Positions 17,135 to 25,016 of a stretch of 28,535 bases of DNA are shown here, in pieces. Numbering within the stretch: position 1 is the first letter of the stretch; every line of letters begins with the position of its first letter. Made by a program: the position numbers and the translations under genes. The notes beneath the pieces are model-generated. The model did not search any database, was not told the DNA's origin, and saw only the letters and a list, made by a program, of their open reading frames with translations. This DNA is from Alphaproteobacteria bacterium (GTDB lineage: Bacteria; Myxococcota_A; UBA796; UBA2385), in the NCBI GenBank assembly GCA_040373935.1, contig JBEIVK010000001.1:1-28535 (forward strand), read 5' to 3'.

Positions 17135-17998
17135 ATGGAATCGGACGCCTTCTCCCCGCCCTCCGCCGATGCGCTTCGCCTCGCCCGCGCGCTGATCGAG
17201 CCCTTCCGGCGGGTGTTCTCCCCCGTCTTCCTGGGAATGGAGCAGGTCCCCGCCAACGCCGGGCCGCTGCTCTTCGTGGGCAACCACACGCTCTACGGGG
17301 CGCTCGACGTTCCCCACCTCTTCCTGGCCCTGCAAGAACAAAAAGGCCTCTGGCTGCGCGGCTTGGGTGACCACGCGCACTTCCAGGTGCCGGTGTGGCG
17401 CCGCTTCGTCCGGGATTGGGGCGTGGTCGATGGCACCCCCGAGAACACGGCAGCCCTGTTCCGAGCGGGGCACAGCGTGCTGGTCTTCCCCGGCGGGTCG
17501 CGGGAGGTAGCGCGGCGAAAAGGCGAGGGACACCAGCTCATTTGGAAGCAGCGGGCCGGCTTCGCGCGCCTCGCGGCGGCGCACGGCGTGCCCATCGTCC
17601 CGTTCGCGGCGATGGGCGCCTCGGACGCCTGGGACATCGTCTACGACGCGGATGATCTCCTCGCCTCGCCGGTGGGCCCGCTGCTGCAGGCCGCGCAGCG
17701 CGCCGTGGGCCTCCCGCTGGATGCCCTCCCGCCGGTGGTGCGCGGGCTGGGCGGCACTCCGCTGCCGCGCCCGGAGCGGCTGTACTTCTGGTTTGGACCC
17801 CCGATTCATCCCCCTGCTCCCGATGCGGGCGCCGACGCCGTCTGGGCGTTCCGGGAGCAGGTGCGGCAGGCGGTCGAGGGCGGGCTCGACACGCTCGACG
17901 CCCATCGTGCGCAAGACCCGTCCCGCCGCGTGGAAGACCGCCTCGTCAGCGGGTTTCGAGACTTTCTCTGGCGTCGCTTCCCGCCGAGCGGCGGCTAG
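17135..17998 (+). CDS. Lysophospholipid/diacylglycerol acyltransferase family protein
   Basis: GNHTLYGALD, VLVFPGGSRE, GFARLA and PIVP motifs. Confidence 0.88.
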   Translation: MESDAFSPPSADALRLARALIEPFRRVFSPVFLGMEQVPANAGPLLFVGNHTLYGALDVPHLFLALQEQKGLWLRGLGDHAHFQVPVWRRFVRDWGVVDGTPENTAALFRAGHSVLVFPGGSREVARRKGEGHQLIWKQRAGFARLAAAHGVPIVPFAAMGASDAWDIVYDADDLLASPVGPLLQAAQRAVGLPLDALPPVVRGLGGTPLPRPERLYFWFGPPIHPPAPDAGADAVWAFREQVRQAVEGGLDTLDAHRAQDPSRRVEDRLVSGFRDFLWRRFPPSGG

Positions 17999-18750
17999 GC
18001 GGGCGGCGGCGGCAGGAGCCGGTGAAGATGCAGATGCAACTGCCGCTTCCACCAGTCCCAGTGGTGCGCGCTGTCTCGTCCCCAGACGTCGCGCAGATGG
18101 GGCAGGCCGGCCGCGGCCATCGCGTGGGAGATCGCCAGCGTCTCGTCGATGCAGCCGCCTTCGTGCGGCCCCGTGCCCACCACAAAGGTAAAGCGCGTAT
18201 GGCGGCGCACGCGGTCTCGCGCCTCTCCGCGCAACCCCGGCACGTACCAGAGCGGCTGGTGGTAGTAGAGGTCGGCGGGGACGCCTTCGGGGAAGAAGCG
18301 GTCCAGACCGTAGCGGCCCGAGAGGCACAGCGCCCACGCCACCGGCTCCGGGTTGCGCAGCGCGAAGTTGCAGGCGTACCAAGCGCCCATGCTCGCACCG
18401 ACGACCCCGACCCGGCTCGCACCACCCGAGTCCGCGGCGACCCACGGCAGCAGCTCGTCGCGCACGAAGCGCTCGTAGGACTCGTGCCGGGCGAGGCGCG
18501 GACCCGCCGCCCCGTCGGCGTGCGACCACGCCTCCGCGATGTTGCTCTCCGGGCAGTAGAGCTTCATCCGCCCCGAGGCAAAGAACGGCTCCAAGGCCTC
18601 GATCGCCCCGCCGGATTGCCATTCGTGGGCCATGCCGGAGGCGGTGGGAAAGGCGATGACCGGCAGGCCCCAGTGCCCGTACGTCCACAGGTGGACCGGA
18701 CGCCCGAGGTGTTGGGACGGAAGGCGAAGGTAGCGGGACGCGGTGGCCAT
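17995..18750 (-). CDS. Putative esterase (alpha/beta hydrolase)
   Basis: Nucleophile elbow GASMG; YGHWGLPVIAFPT; HHWDWW. AGGAGG RBS before ATG 18750. Confidence 0.88.
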   Translation of the reverse strand: MATASRYLRLPSQHLGRPVHLWTYGHWGLPVIAFPTASGMAHEWQSGGAIEALEPFFASGRMKLYCPESNIAEAWSHADGAAGPRLARHESYERFVRDELLPWVAADSGGASRVGVVGASMGAWYACNFALRNPEPVAWALCLSGRYGLDRFFPEGVPADLYYHQPLWYVPGLRGEARDRVRRHTRFTFVVGTGPHEGGCIDETLAISHAMAAAGLPHLRDVWGRDSAHHWDWWKRQLHLHLHRLLPPPPA

Positions 18751-19099
18751 TGGGCCTCCTACCCAGTGCAGGTCGCGCGCGGGAGCACGGGAGTTGACGG
18801 ATCTTGGCGCGGGCTGGCAGGTACAGGCGGGCAAAAGCCGTGAAACGCGATGCGCAGCGGTTCGATACGGCCGCGGATCCGTGGTGCGTTGCGCGTCATC
18901 GGGCCAGCCCGTGGCGGCGCGGCGCGCGGGGACCGCGACGATCTCGGCGCCCTCCGCTGCGCTCCCACCGCGGCGAGCGGCCAGGGTTGCCCGTGTTCCC
19001 ACCGGGACAATGGCGGGACCCTGGACAACGGGGAGCGTCTGCCGGGACGGCCGCCGCACGACCCGAGGATTGCCGCCTTCGCAGCTTTTTCCATTGGGG

Positions 19100-19123
19100 G
19101 CGGGGAGGGCGCACCCTCCCCGC
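19100..19123. repeat. Perfect 10-bp GC hairpin GCGGGGAGGG-CGCA-CCCTCCCCGC
   Basis: Read directly, about 40 bp downstream of the 19160 stop. No U-tract follows on the minus strand. Confidence 0.75.
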
Positions 19124-19159
19124 AACGCCCCTCCGCTGCGCCCCCGCCGGGGGCCTCCC

Positions 19160-19873
19160 TCAGCGGATCGTGACTTCGGCGTCGACCGTGAACGGGTAGG
19201 ACCCGCCGTACCAGTTCAGGACGGACTCGTAGCTGTACTGGGTCGTGCCCGTGGAGTCCTCGGTTCCGTTGCCCAGCTCCACGGCTTCCAAGCCGCGCCC
19301 GTAGTCCGCGATCACGTAGATGGTCACGCGGCTCCCATCCCGGGCGACCCCGCGGTAGGCCGGGTTGGAGAGCGGCACGCCACCCTCGACGTACTCGTCG
19401 CAGATGCTGTCCTTGCTCATCTCGACCTCGTAGACCTCCGCACAGTCGCGGCAGGCGTCGAGCAGGGCCTCGGCGCCGGGCTCTTCGGAGACTTCGATGC
19501 CCTCTTCACCCACGCGGTCTTCGCAGCCAGCGTCGAACTCGAAGATGCGGCTGCCCGACCAGCTGCGGGGGTAGGCGGGCTCGGGCTCGGTCCCGGTGTC
19601 GCCCCCGCCGCCGCTGCCGCCGCCGCTGCCGCCGCCGCCCGTGTCGGTGTCTGCGTCGGTGTCTGCGTCGGTGTCTGCGTCGGTGTCTGCGTCGGTGTCC
19701 GCGTCGGTGTCTGCGTCTGCTTCGGCCGGCGAGGCGGTGTCGCCGAGGGTGAGGCCGCTGCTGCCGTCGGAGGAGAGGTCAGCCTTGATGGGGGCGCAGG
19801 CGGTCATCAGCAGGAATACGGACAGGGCGCGCATGGGGACTCCGGATCTGGTGAGGAGGATAGCGCCGCTCAC
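19160..19873 (-). CDS. Hypothetical lipoprotein with Asp-Ala-Asp-Thr repeat linker and 4-Cys C-terminal domain
   Basis: Lipobox LMTA-C; (ADTD)n repeat plus Gly/Ser linker. Start is GTG 19873 (coupled) or ATG 19834. Confidence 0.8.
   Translation of the reverse strand: MSGAILLTRSGVPMRALSVFLLMTACAPIKADLSSDGSSGLTLGDTASPAEADADTDADTDADTDADTDADTDADTDTGGGGSGGGSGGGGDTGTEPEPAYPRSWSGSRIFEFDAGCEDRVGEEGIEVSEEPGAEALLDACRDCAEVYEVEMSKDSICDEYVEGGVPLSNPAYRGVARDGSRVTIYVIADYGRGLEAVELGNGTEDSTGTTQYSYESVLNWYGGSYPFTVDAEVTIR
19643..19714. repeat. Six tandem 12-bp repeats (GTCGGTGTCTGC; one copy has a single substitution)
   Basis: Counted directly; encodes the ADTD repeat on the minus strand. Confidence 0.95.
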
Positions 19874-20265
19874 GGCGACCGGGAAGTGGGCGCGTGCGAA
19901 TCGGGCCAGGGCGCTGCCCGCAGCGGCGGTCTGCCGAGAGCCTCCAGCGCGCGTAAGGCTGCCTCTTGGCTGGAGAAGCAGAGAATGTCATCCCGCTGGC
20001 TGGAGCGCAGGAGCCCGGCCCCTGTGGCGAACGCGTACATGACGTAGGCGCTTGCGCGGTCCCGGATCAGCGCATGCACGGGGCCCGCCGGGCCGGCGTC
20101 CTCGACCTGCCGCGCGTGGTCCCGGGTGCGTTCGGGGTTGAGGCGGAGCTGCCCGCGCGGATCCATGGTGAAGATCGCCGGCGGCCCCTGCAGCGCCAGG
20201 GCGCGATCCCACAGGTCCCCGAACGGAAGGAGCGGGCTGTCTGCGGTGGTGTAGACGTCCGTCAC
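19870..20265 (-). CDS. Hypothetical protein (131 aa)
   Basis: GTG start overlaps the upstream stop (GTGA); its own stop overlaps the next GTG; protein-like composition. Confidence 0.65.
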   Translation of the reverse strand: MTDVYTTADSPLLPFGDLWDRALALQGPPAIFTMDPRGQLRLNPERTRDHARQVEDAGPAGPVHALIRDRASAYVMYAFATGAGLLRSSQRDDILCFSSQEAALRALEALGRPPLRAAPWPDSHAPTSRSP

Positions 20266-20573
20266 GCGCTGCCTCGCACCAGGGGCCCCGTCCAGGCGCT
20301 GAGCCCGCCACCGAGGAAGGCGGCCGGGATGCCCCGCCCACGAAGCCAGAGGGCAAGCTCGGCTGCCCGCGCACCGCCTGGGTCCACCACGAGCACCGTC
20401 GCGCCCTCCGGCACGAGGCCCGGAGCCTCGGCCTGGAACCGCCCGTAGGGAAGGTTGCGCGCGCCCGCGAGGTGGCCGCGGGTGAAGGCGTCGGGCTCGC
20501 GCAGGTCGAGGATGAGGTCGAAGGTGGCCTCGCCGCAGGCGAGGGCCCAGGGCGGCACCTCAAAGGGGATCAC
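20262..20573 (-). CDS. Rhodanese-like domain protein lacking the catalytic Cys
   Basis: ILDLREPDAFTRGHLAGARNLP, VVDPGGARA and FLGGGLSAW. C-terminal part of track ORF 20262..22193; GTG start at 20573. Confidence 0.8.
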   Translation of the reverse strand: MIPFEVPPWALACGEATFDLILDLREPDAFTRGHLAGARNLPYGRFQAEAPGLVPEGATVLVVDPGGARAAELALWLRGRGIPAAFLGGGLSAWTGPLVRGSA

Positions 20574-20647
20574 CGGCTCTCCAACAGCAGGCCGAGGAAG
20601 GCGAAGCCCACAAGCACCGCGAGCAAGGCGAAGCCCACCCACTCCAT
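20570..20647 (-). CDS. Putative 25-aa single-TM peptide MEWVGFALLAVLVGFAFLGLLLESR
   Basis: ATG 20647; fully hydrophobic core; TGA overlaps the rhodanese GTG. Confidence 0.5.
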   Translation of the reverse strand: MEWVGFALLAVLVGFAFLGLLLESR

Positions 20648-20711
20648 TCGGCCACCCCCTGCCCGCGAGGATAACCCCTTCGGGGGCCGCGGCGGCCTTC
20701 CGGGGGCAGTC

Positions 20712-21914
20712 ATGGGCGAGCGCGCGGGCGTGTGCGGGATGGTGCTGGTCGCGACCCTCGGATGCGCGTCCGGTCGCGCGCCGCTCGGGGGGGGCGCGGG
20801 GTCCCCCGACAGCCGGGGCGGGTCCGACAGTCGGGGCGAGGACGGCGGTGGGGTCGACCACGGAGCGGGGGCGGACGCAGGCGCCGGCGCCGACGGCGGG
20901 GGCGGAGACGACGGGGGTGCGGCCCCGCCGGTGCTGGTCCTCGCGGGGCTGCGGGCGCCGGGTGGCGACGCGGTTGAGCTGCGCATCGAGGGCGGCCGCA
21001 TCGTGGCGTTCGGCCCGGCGGTGGACCGTGCGGGCGCCGCGCTGCGCGACGGCGGGGGCCGGACGGTCGTCCCAGCCTTCATCGACAGCCACGTTCATCT
21101 CGCGTATCTGCCCACGGCGGACGCGCTGGCCCGCGGCGGGGTGGCGGCCGCCGTCGACCTGGCCGCACCGCTGGACGCCATCGGGGACGACGCGGGGCCG
21201 CTCGAGGTGCGGTGGGCGGGTCCGATGCTGACGGTGACGGGGGGCTACCCCACGACATCCTGGGGGGCGGCTGGCTACGGCATCGCCGTGGACGACCCGG
21301 CCGGGGCGGCGGAGGCGGTCGGGCGCGTCGTGGCGGCCGGCGCGACGGTCGTGAAGGTCCCCCTCACAGGCACGCCGTCCTTGTCGACAGAGACGCTGGA
21401 GGCGGTGGTCGCGGCGGCCCATGCGCGCGGCTTGCCGGTCGTCGCGCACGCCATGACCGACGCCGAGGTGCTGCGCGCCGCGGCGGCCGGGGTGGATGGC
21501 CTCGCGCACACGCCGACCGCGCCGCTCGGCGACGCGGCTGTGGCGGCCTGGTCGGGGCGCTTCGTCATCAGCACCCTCGCGGCTTTTGGCGGCGGGGCCA
21601 ACGCGGTCGACAACCTGCGGCGCTTGCGCGGCGCCGGGGCCCAGGTCCTGTACGGGACAGACCACGGCAATCTCTCGGCGGCCGGGATTGTCTCCGCGGA
21701 GCTGGACTTGCTCGGGGCGGCTGGCTTGGATGGCGCGGCCATCCTGGAGGCGGGGACGGCGGCGCCGGCGGCGGTGTGGGGGTTCCCGGGTCGGGGAGCG
21801 CTCCGCCCGGGGGGGCCTGCCGACTTCCTGCTGTTGGAGGGCGACCCGTGGGAGGACCCGGCGCGGCTCGCCGCGCCGCGCGAGGTGTGGCTGGCCGGAC
21901 AGCCCTTGGATTGA
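20712..21914 (+). CDS. Amidohydrolase family lipoprotein
   Basis: Lipobox TLG-C; Gly/Asp linker; metal ligands DSHVH, VVK, VAHA, LAHT and GTDHG; C-terminal GALRPGGPADFLLL. Confidence 0.88.
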   Translation: MGERAGVCGMVLVATLGCASGRAPLGGGAGSPDSRGGSDSRGEDGGGVDHGAGADAGAGADGGGGDDGGAAPPVLVLAGLRAPGGDAVELRIEGGRIVAFGPAVDRAGAALRDGGGRTVVPAFIDSHVHLAYLPTADALARGGVAAAVDLAAPLDAIGDDAGPLEVRWAGPMLTVTGGYPTTSWGAAGYGIAVDDPAGAAEAVGRVVAAGATVVKVPLTGTPSLSTETLEAVVAAAHARGLPVVAHAMTDAEVLRAAAAGVDGLAHTPTAPLGDAAVAAWSGRFVISTLAAFGGGANAVDNLRRLRGAGAQVLYGTDHGNLSAAGIVSAELDLLGAAGLDGAAILEAGTAAPAAVWGFPGRGALRPGGPADFLLLEGDPWEDPARLAAPREVWLAGQPLD

Positions 21915-22268
21915 CCCCGGCGGGCGCGGCCCCCGACGCGCCGCGACCCGAACGGGTGGCGTCGATCGGCGGGTCCCTTTCCGGTTGGGGCGTGGCGGGG
22001 CCGTCGCCGGCGGTGGTGGGCGTCCACGGCGGGCGCGCCTCCGTGACGCGCCTCCCGCCCGTCTCCGACTGCACGGCGCCGACCGGCGTCGCATCCCGGT
22101 GGTGCGGGAGGCGCCGTGGGCGGGGCCACCGCGGCACGGGCCGGAGCCGGCGGCCGGAACGGCCGGTGCAAGCGGCGGGACGCCGCGCCGCACGGAGCGC
22201 AGCGACCCGGCGGAGAGACCGGGTGCCGGCCCGACCGGGCCGGCAGCCGCCCGTCGGGCTCGGCTAAA

Positions 22269-22868
22269 CTATCGGCCGCCCCCGTGGTTCTTGGGGTCGT
22301 CCTCTTCTTCGGCGGTGCCCGACCCGTCGATGATGCGGCGGGCGAGGTCGAACGAGAACCCGGCGCGGCCGAGGGCGGCGAGGTCTTTGTCGCGGGAGGC
22401 GGCGCGGGACGCGCTGTCTCGCCGGAAGGGGCCGAGGCGGCGCCGGCGTGCGTAGGCGCGGGCGGCGTCGGCCTCATCGTGGGGGGCGCGGGCGGCCAGG
22501 GCCTCGCCCAAGGCCTCGGCCTGGAAGCCGCGGCGGTGGAGCTTTTCGCGGATGCCGCGTGCCGAGGCGCCGCGGCGGCCGAGCGCGGCGCCGATGGCGG
22601 TGGCGAGGGAGGGGTCGTCCAGGCGCCCGGACTCTCGAAGATCGGCCACGAGGGCGTCGACCCACGCGGCGGCGGTGGTGGCGTCGCCGCGGCCCCAGTC
22701 GACGGCGCGCTGGATGCGACGGGCGAGCACGGCACGCAGACGGGCTTCAGAGGCGGGAAAACGCTCGAGGTAGCGGAGCGCCTCGTCGCGCAGGGTGGTG
22801 GGGCTGAGCGGCGGGGGCGGGCGGCGCCGGCGGGGGCGTCCGCCGTCGTCGGGGTCGAAGGTGGGCAT
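22269..22868 (-). CDS. recX: Regulatory protein RecX
   Basis: ALRYLERFPASEARLRAVLARR, LDD, SARGIREKLHRRG, RRRRLGPFR and LGRAGFSFDLARRII. Confidence 0.88.
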   Translation of the reverse strand: MPTFDPDDGGRPRRRRPPPPLSPTTLRDEALRYLERFPASEARLRAVLARRIQRAVDWGRGDATTAAAWVDALVADLRESGRLDDPSLATAIGAALGRRGASARGIREKLHRRGFQAEALGEALAARAPHDEADAARAYARRRRLGPFRRDSASRAASRDKDLAALGRAGFSFDLARRIIDGSGTAEEEDDPKNHGGGR

Positions 22869-22877
22869 GGGGCGCGT

Positions 22878-23744
22878 TTATCCCGGGCTGCGACGAGGTG
22901 GGCGAGGGAAAAGCCGCGGGACATCCCGAAGATAGGCTTGGTAAGATGGGTCTTGGCCCCAGCGGGCGGCGGCCCGCGCCTCGAGCAGCGGGACCCCACT
23001 CCCGAAGCGGAGGAGGCCGAACACGAAGAGCGGTGAGGCGAGGGCGAGCCAGGCGACCCCGTGGAGGCGAGGGGTTGCAGCGAGGAAGAGGCCGGACCAG
23101 AGCAGGATCTCGCCGAAGTAGTTGGGGTGGCGGCACCAGGCCCACAGTCCGACGCCGATGAAGCGGCCGTGATGGGCCGGCACGGCGCGGAAGGCCGTTT
23201 TTTGGGCGTCGGCCGTGACCTCGACGGCGAAGCCGACGACCCACAGAGAGAAGCCGAGGGCCTCGACGGGGCCGGGCGCGGGCGCGGCGGGGCTGAGGAC
23301 TGCGGCCGTGACCGCGAGGTTGGTGAGGTTGACCCAGAGGCTTTGCAGCGCCCAGGCGACGGCGAAGCGGGCGGGATTTTGCTTGATGGCGTCGAAGCGC
23401 CCGTCCCCCTCGCGGTGCGCGCGGCGGGCGAGAAAAACCCCGAGGCGGAGTGCCCAGAGCGCGGGCAGGCCGAGAAAGAGCCACCGGAGCGGGCCGCCAC
23501 TGCCGGTGGTGGCGAGCAGCGCGCAGGAGAGCAGCGTCGAGAGGGCGCCGACGAGGTCGTAGAAGCGCTCGGTGCGGGCGCGGGCGGCGGGGACGAACGC
23601 GAGCGCGTTGAGGGCGACGACCGCGATGGCCGCCCAGGCGGCGGCGGGCAGCGGCCCCCAGCGGGGACCGGCAGCGCCGACGAGGCCCACCAGCAGCGGG
23701 CCGCCGAGGGCGCAAGCGAGGACGACGACGATGGCCTGGGTCAT
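22878..23744 (-). CDS. DUF1295 (steroid 5-alpha-reductase-like) membrane protein
   Basis: WALRLG, DGRFD, EVTADAQK, GLWAWCRHPNYFGE, SGVPLLE and YQAY motifs; multiple TM helices. Confidence 0.92.
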   Translation of the reverse strand: MTQAIVVVLACALGGPLLVGLVGAAGPRWGPLPAAAWAAIAVVALNALAFVPAARARTERFYDLVGALSTLLSCALLATTGSGGPLRWLFLGLPALWALRLGVFLARRAHREGDGRFDAIKQNPARFAVAWALQSLWVNLTNLAVTAAVLSPAAPAPGPVEALGFSLWVVGFAVEVTADAQKTAFRAVPAHHGRFIGVGLWAWCRHPNYFGEILLWSGLFLAATPRLHGVAWLALASPLFVFGLLRFGSGVPLLEARAAARWGQDPSYQAYLRDVPRLFPRPPRRSPG

Positions 23745-23810
23745 GGGCGCTCCACCAGCCGGTTACCACGGTGGGCGTGGCGTGCCTGGTGGGGCGCCCA
23801 GGAGGTCCCG

Positions 23811-25016
23811 GTGAGCCAGAACGCGCCTGCGCCGCAGTCCCTCGTGTTCTCCCCGGCCGATGTGGCGGCGCGGGTCGACGCCGCACAGACGGCCCTCGCA
23901 CGCGGGCTCGGCGAGAGCGTCGTTCTGGCCTTCGTGGGTGCGGCGTCGGCAGGCAAGGACGCCGGGATCAAGGCGCTCTTTGGCGTGGACTTCGGCGAGG
24001 TCGACCCGGTGCCGGGCAGCACGGATCGCTTGCGCGCGGTGGCATTGGACACGGCCGGGCAAGTTCTGGTGGTGAACGCGCCCGGCTTCGGGGACCTGCG
24101 CGCGGAGGTGGCGGCGACGAGCCAAGCCCTGCTTCACAAGCTGGACCTCGCGGTCTACGTCGTCAACGCCGACGGCGGCGCCACGGCCGATGACAAGGCG
24201 CACCTCGCCGCCCTTCGCGCCCTGCAGCGGCCGGTGCTCGTGGTTCTGAACAAGATCGACCTCATCCGGCCGCACCAGAAGGAGGCGTTCGTCTCCGCCA
24301 CCTTCGCGCAGCTGGGGGTGGAGCCCGGGGACGGCGTGGTGGCGGCCTTCGATCCGTTGCCCGCCCTGTCGGCGGGCCCCATCGGGCTCGACGGGGTGAC
24401 GGAGTGGATCGTTCGGACGCTGACGGCCCAGGGCAAGGCGATGCTGTTCGCGCGCCAGCTGCGAGACAAGGCGCTGGCCTGTGAGGCGCTCATCAAGGCG
24501 GCGGCGCGTCGATCGGCCCTCGCGGGGGCCATCCCGGTGCCCGGCGCGGACATGGCGGCCGTGACGGCCGTGCAGGTGCAGCTCATCACCGAGATCGCGA
24601 CGATCTACGGTCGGCGCATGGATCGGGACCTCGCGTTGTTCATCGTGGCGGAGGCGCTCGCCGGGTCGGGCAAGGGCTTCGTGCGTTGGGCGACGAACGC
24701 CCTAAAGACGGCGGGGTGGATCCCGGGCGGCCAGCTGGGAGAGGTGGCGGCGAGTGCGTTGGGCGCGGCGGTGTCGAGCGCGGCCACCTACGGGGTCGGG
24801 CGGGCGGCGGTCTCCTACATGGAGAAAGAGTCGCTGGGATTGCCGGTGAGCGGGGCGGACATCCGCGCGGTGTTCGAGACCTTTGCGCGGCAAGCGCGGG
24901 GCGGCGGGGTGCCGGGCATCGGCGCGGCGCCGGCGGCGGCCCTCGCGGCCGGGGCGGCAGATGACGTGCTGGACGCGGAGATCGAGACGCCCTCTCCGGG
25001 TGGAGCGGGCCGTTGA
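23811..25016 (+). CDS. Atypical TRAFAC-class GTPase with C-terminal DUF697/YcjF-like domain
   Basis: AGGAGG RBS at 23800-23805, GTG 23811; G1 GAASAGKD, G2 PGST, G3 NAPG, G4 NKID; C-terminal AGAIPVPGADMAAVTAVQVQLITEIATIYG. Confidence 0.85.
   Translation: MSQNAPAPQSLVFSPADVAARVDAAQTALARGLGESVVLAFVGAASAGKDAGIKALFGVDFGEVDPVPGSTDRLRAVALDTAGQVLVVNAPGFGDLRAEVAATSQALLHKLDLAVYVVNADGGATADDKAHLAALRALQRPVLVVLNKIDLIRPHQKEAFVSATFAQLGVEPGDGVVAAFDPLPALSAGPIGLDGVTEWIVRTLTAQGKAMLFARQLRDKALACEALIKAAARRSALAGAIPVPGADMAAVTAVQVQLITEIATIYGRRMDRDLALFIVAEALAGSGKGFVRWATNALKTAGWIPGGQLGEVAASALGAAVSSAATYGVGRAAVSYMEKESLGLPVSGADIRAVFETFARQARGGGVPGIGAAPAAALAAGAADDVLDAEIETPSPGGAGR

Noticed and set aside
16424-18688. 754-aa minus-strand ORF
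   Set aside because: Overlaps the pseudouridine synthase, acyltransferase and esterase in non-coding frames; no motifs.
19007-19017. CCCGCCATTGT on the minus strand, resembling the cobalamin riboswitch core
   Set aside because: The other conserved elements (GGGAA/GGTG stem, B12 box) could not be identified, and the downstream gene is not B12-related.
19100-19123. Hairpin as an intrinsic terminator for the 19160 gene
   Set aside because: The minus strand continues CCCCAATGGAAAAA with no U-tract, so it is listed only as an inverted repeat.
19643-19714. Tandem repeat as a CRISPR array
   Set aside because: 12-bp units without spacers, in frame within a CDS; no cas genes.
21915-22268. Gap between the convergent amidohydrolase and recX genes as a hidden gene or RNA
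   Set aside because: Overlapping ORFs are low-complexity with no RBS or motif, and no convincing stem was found.
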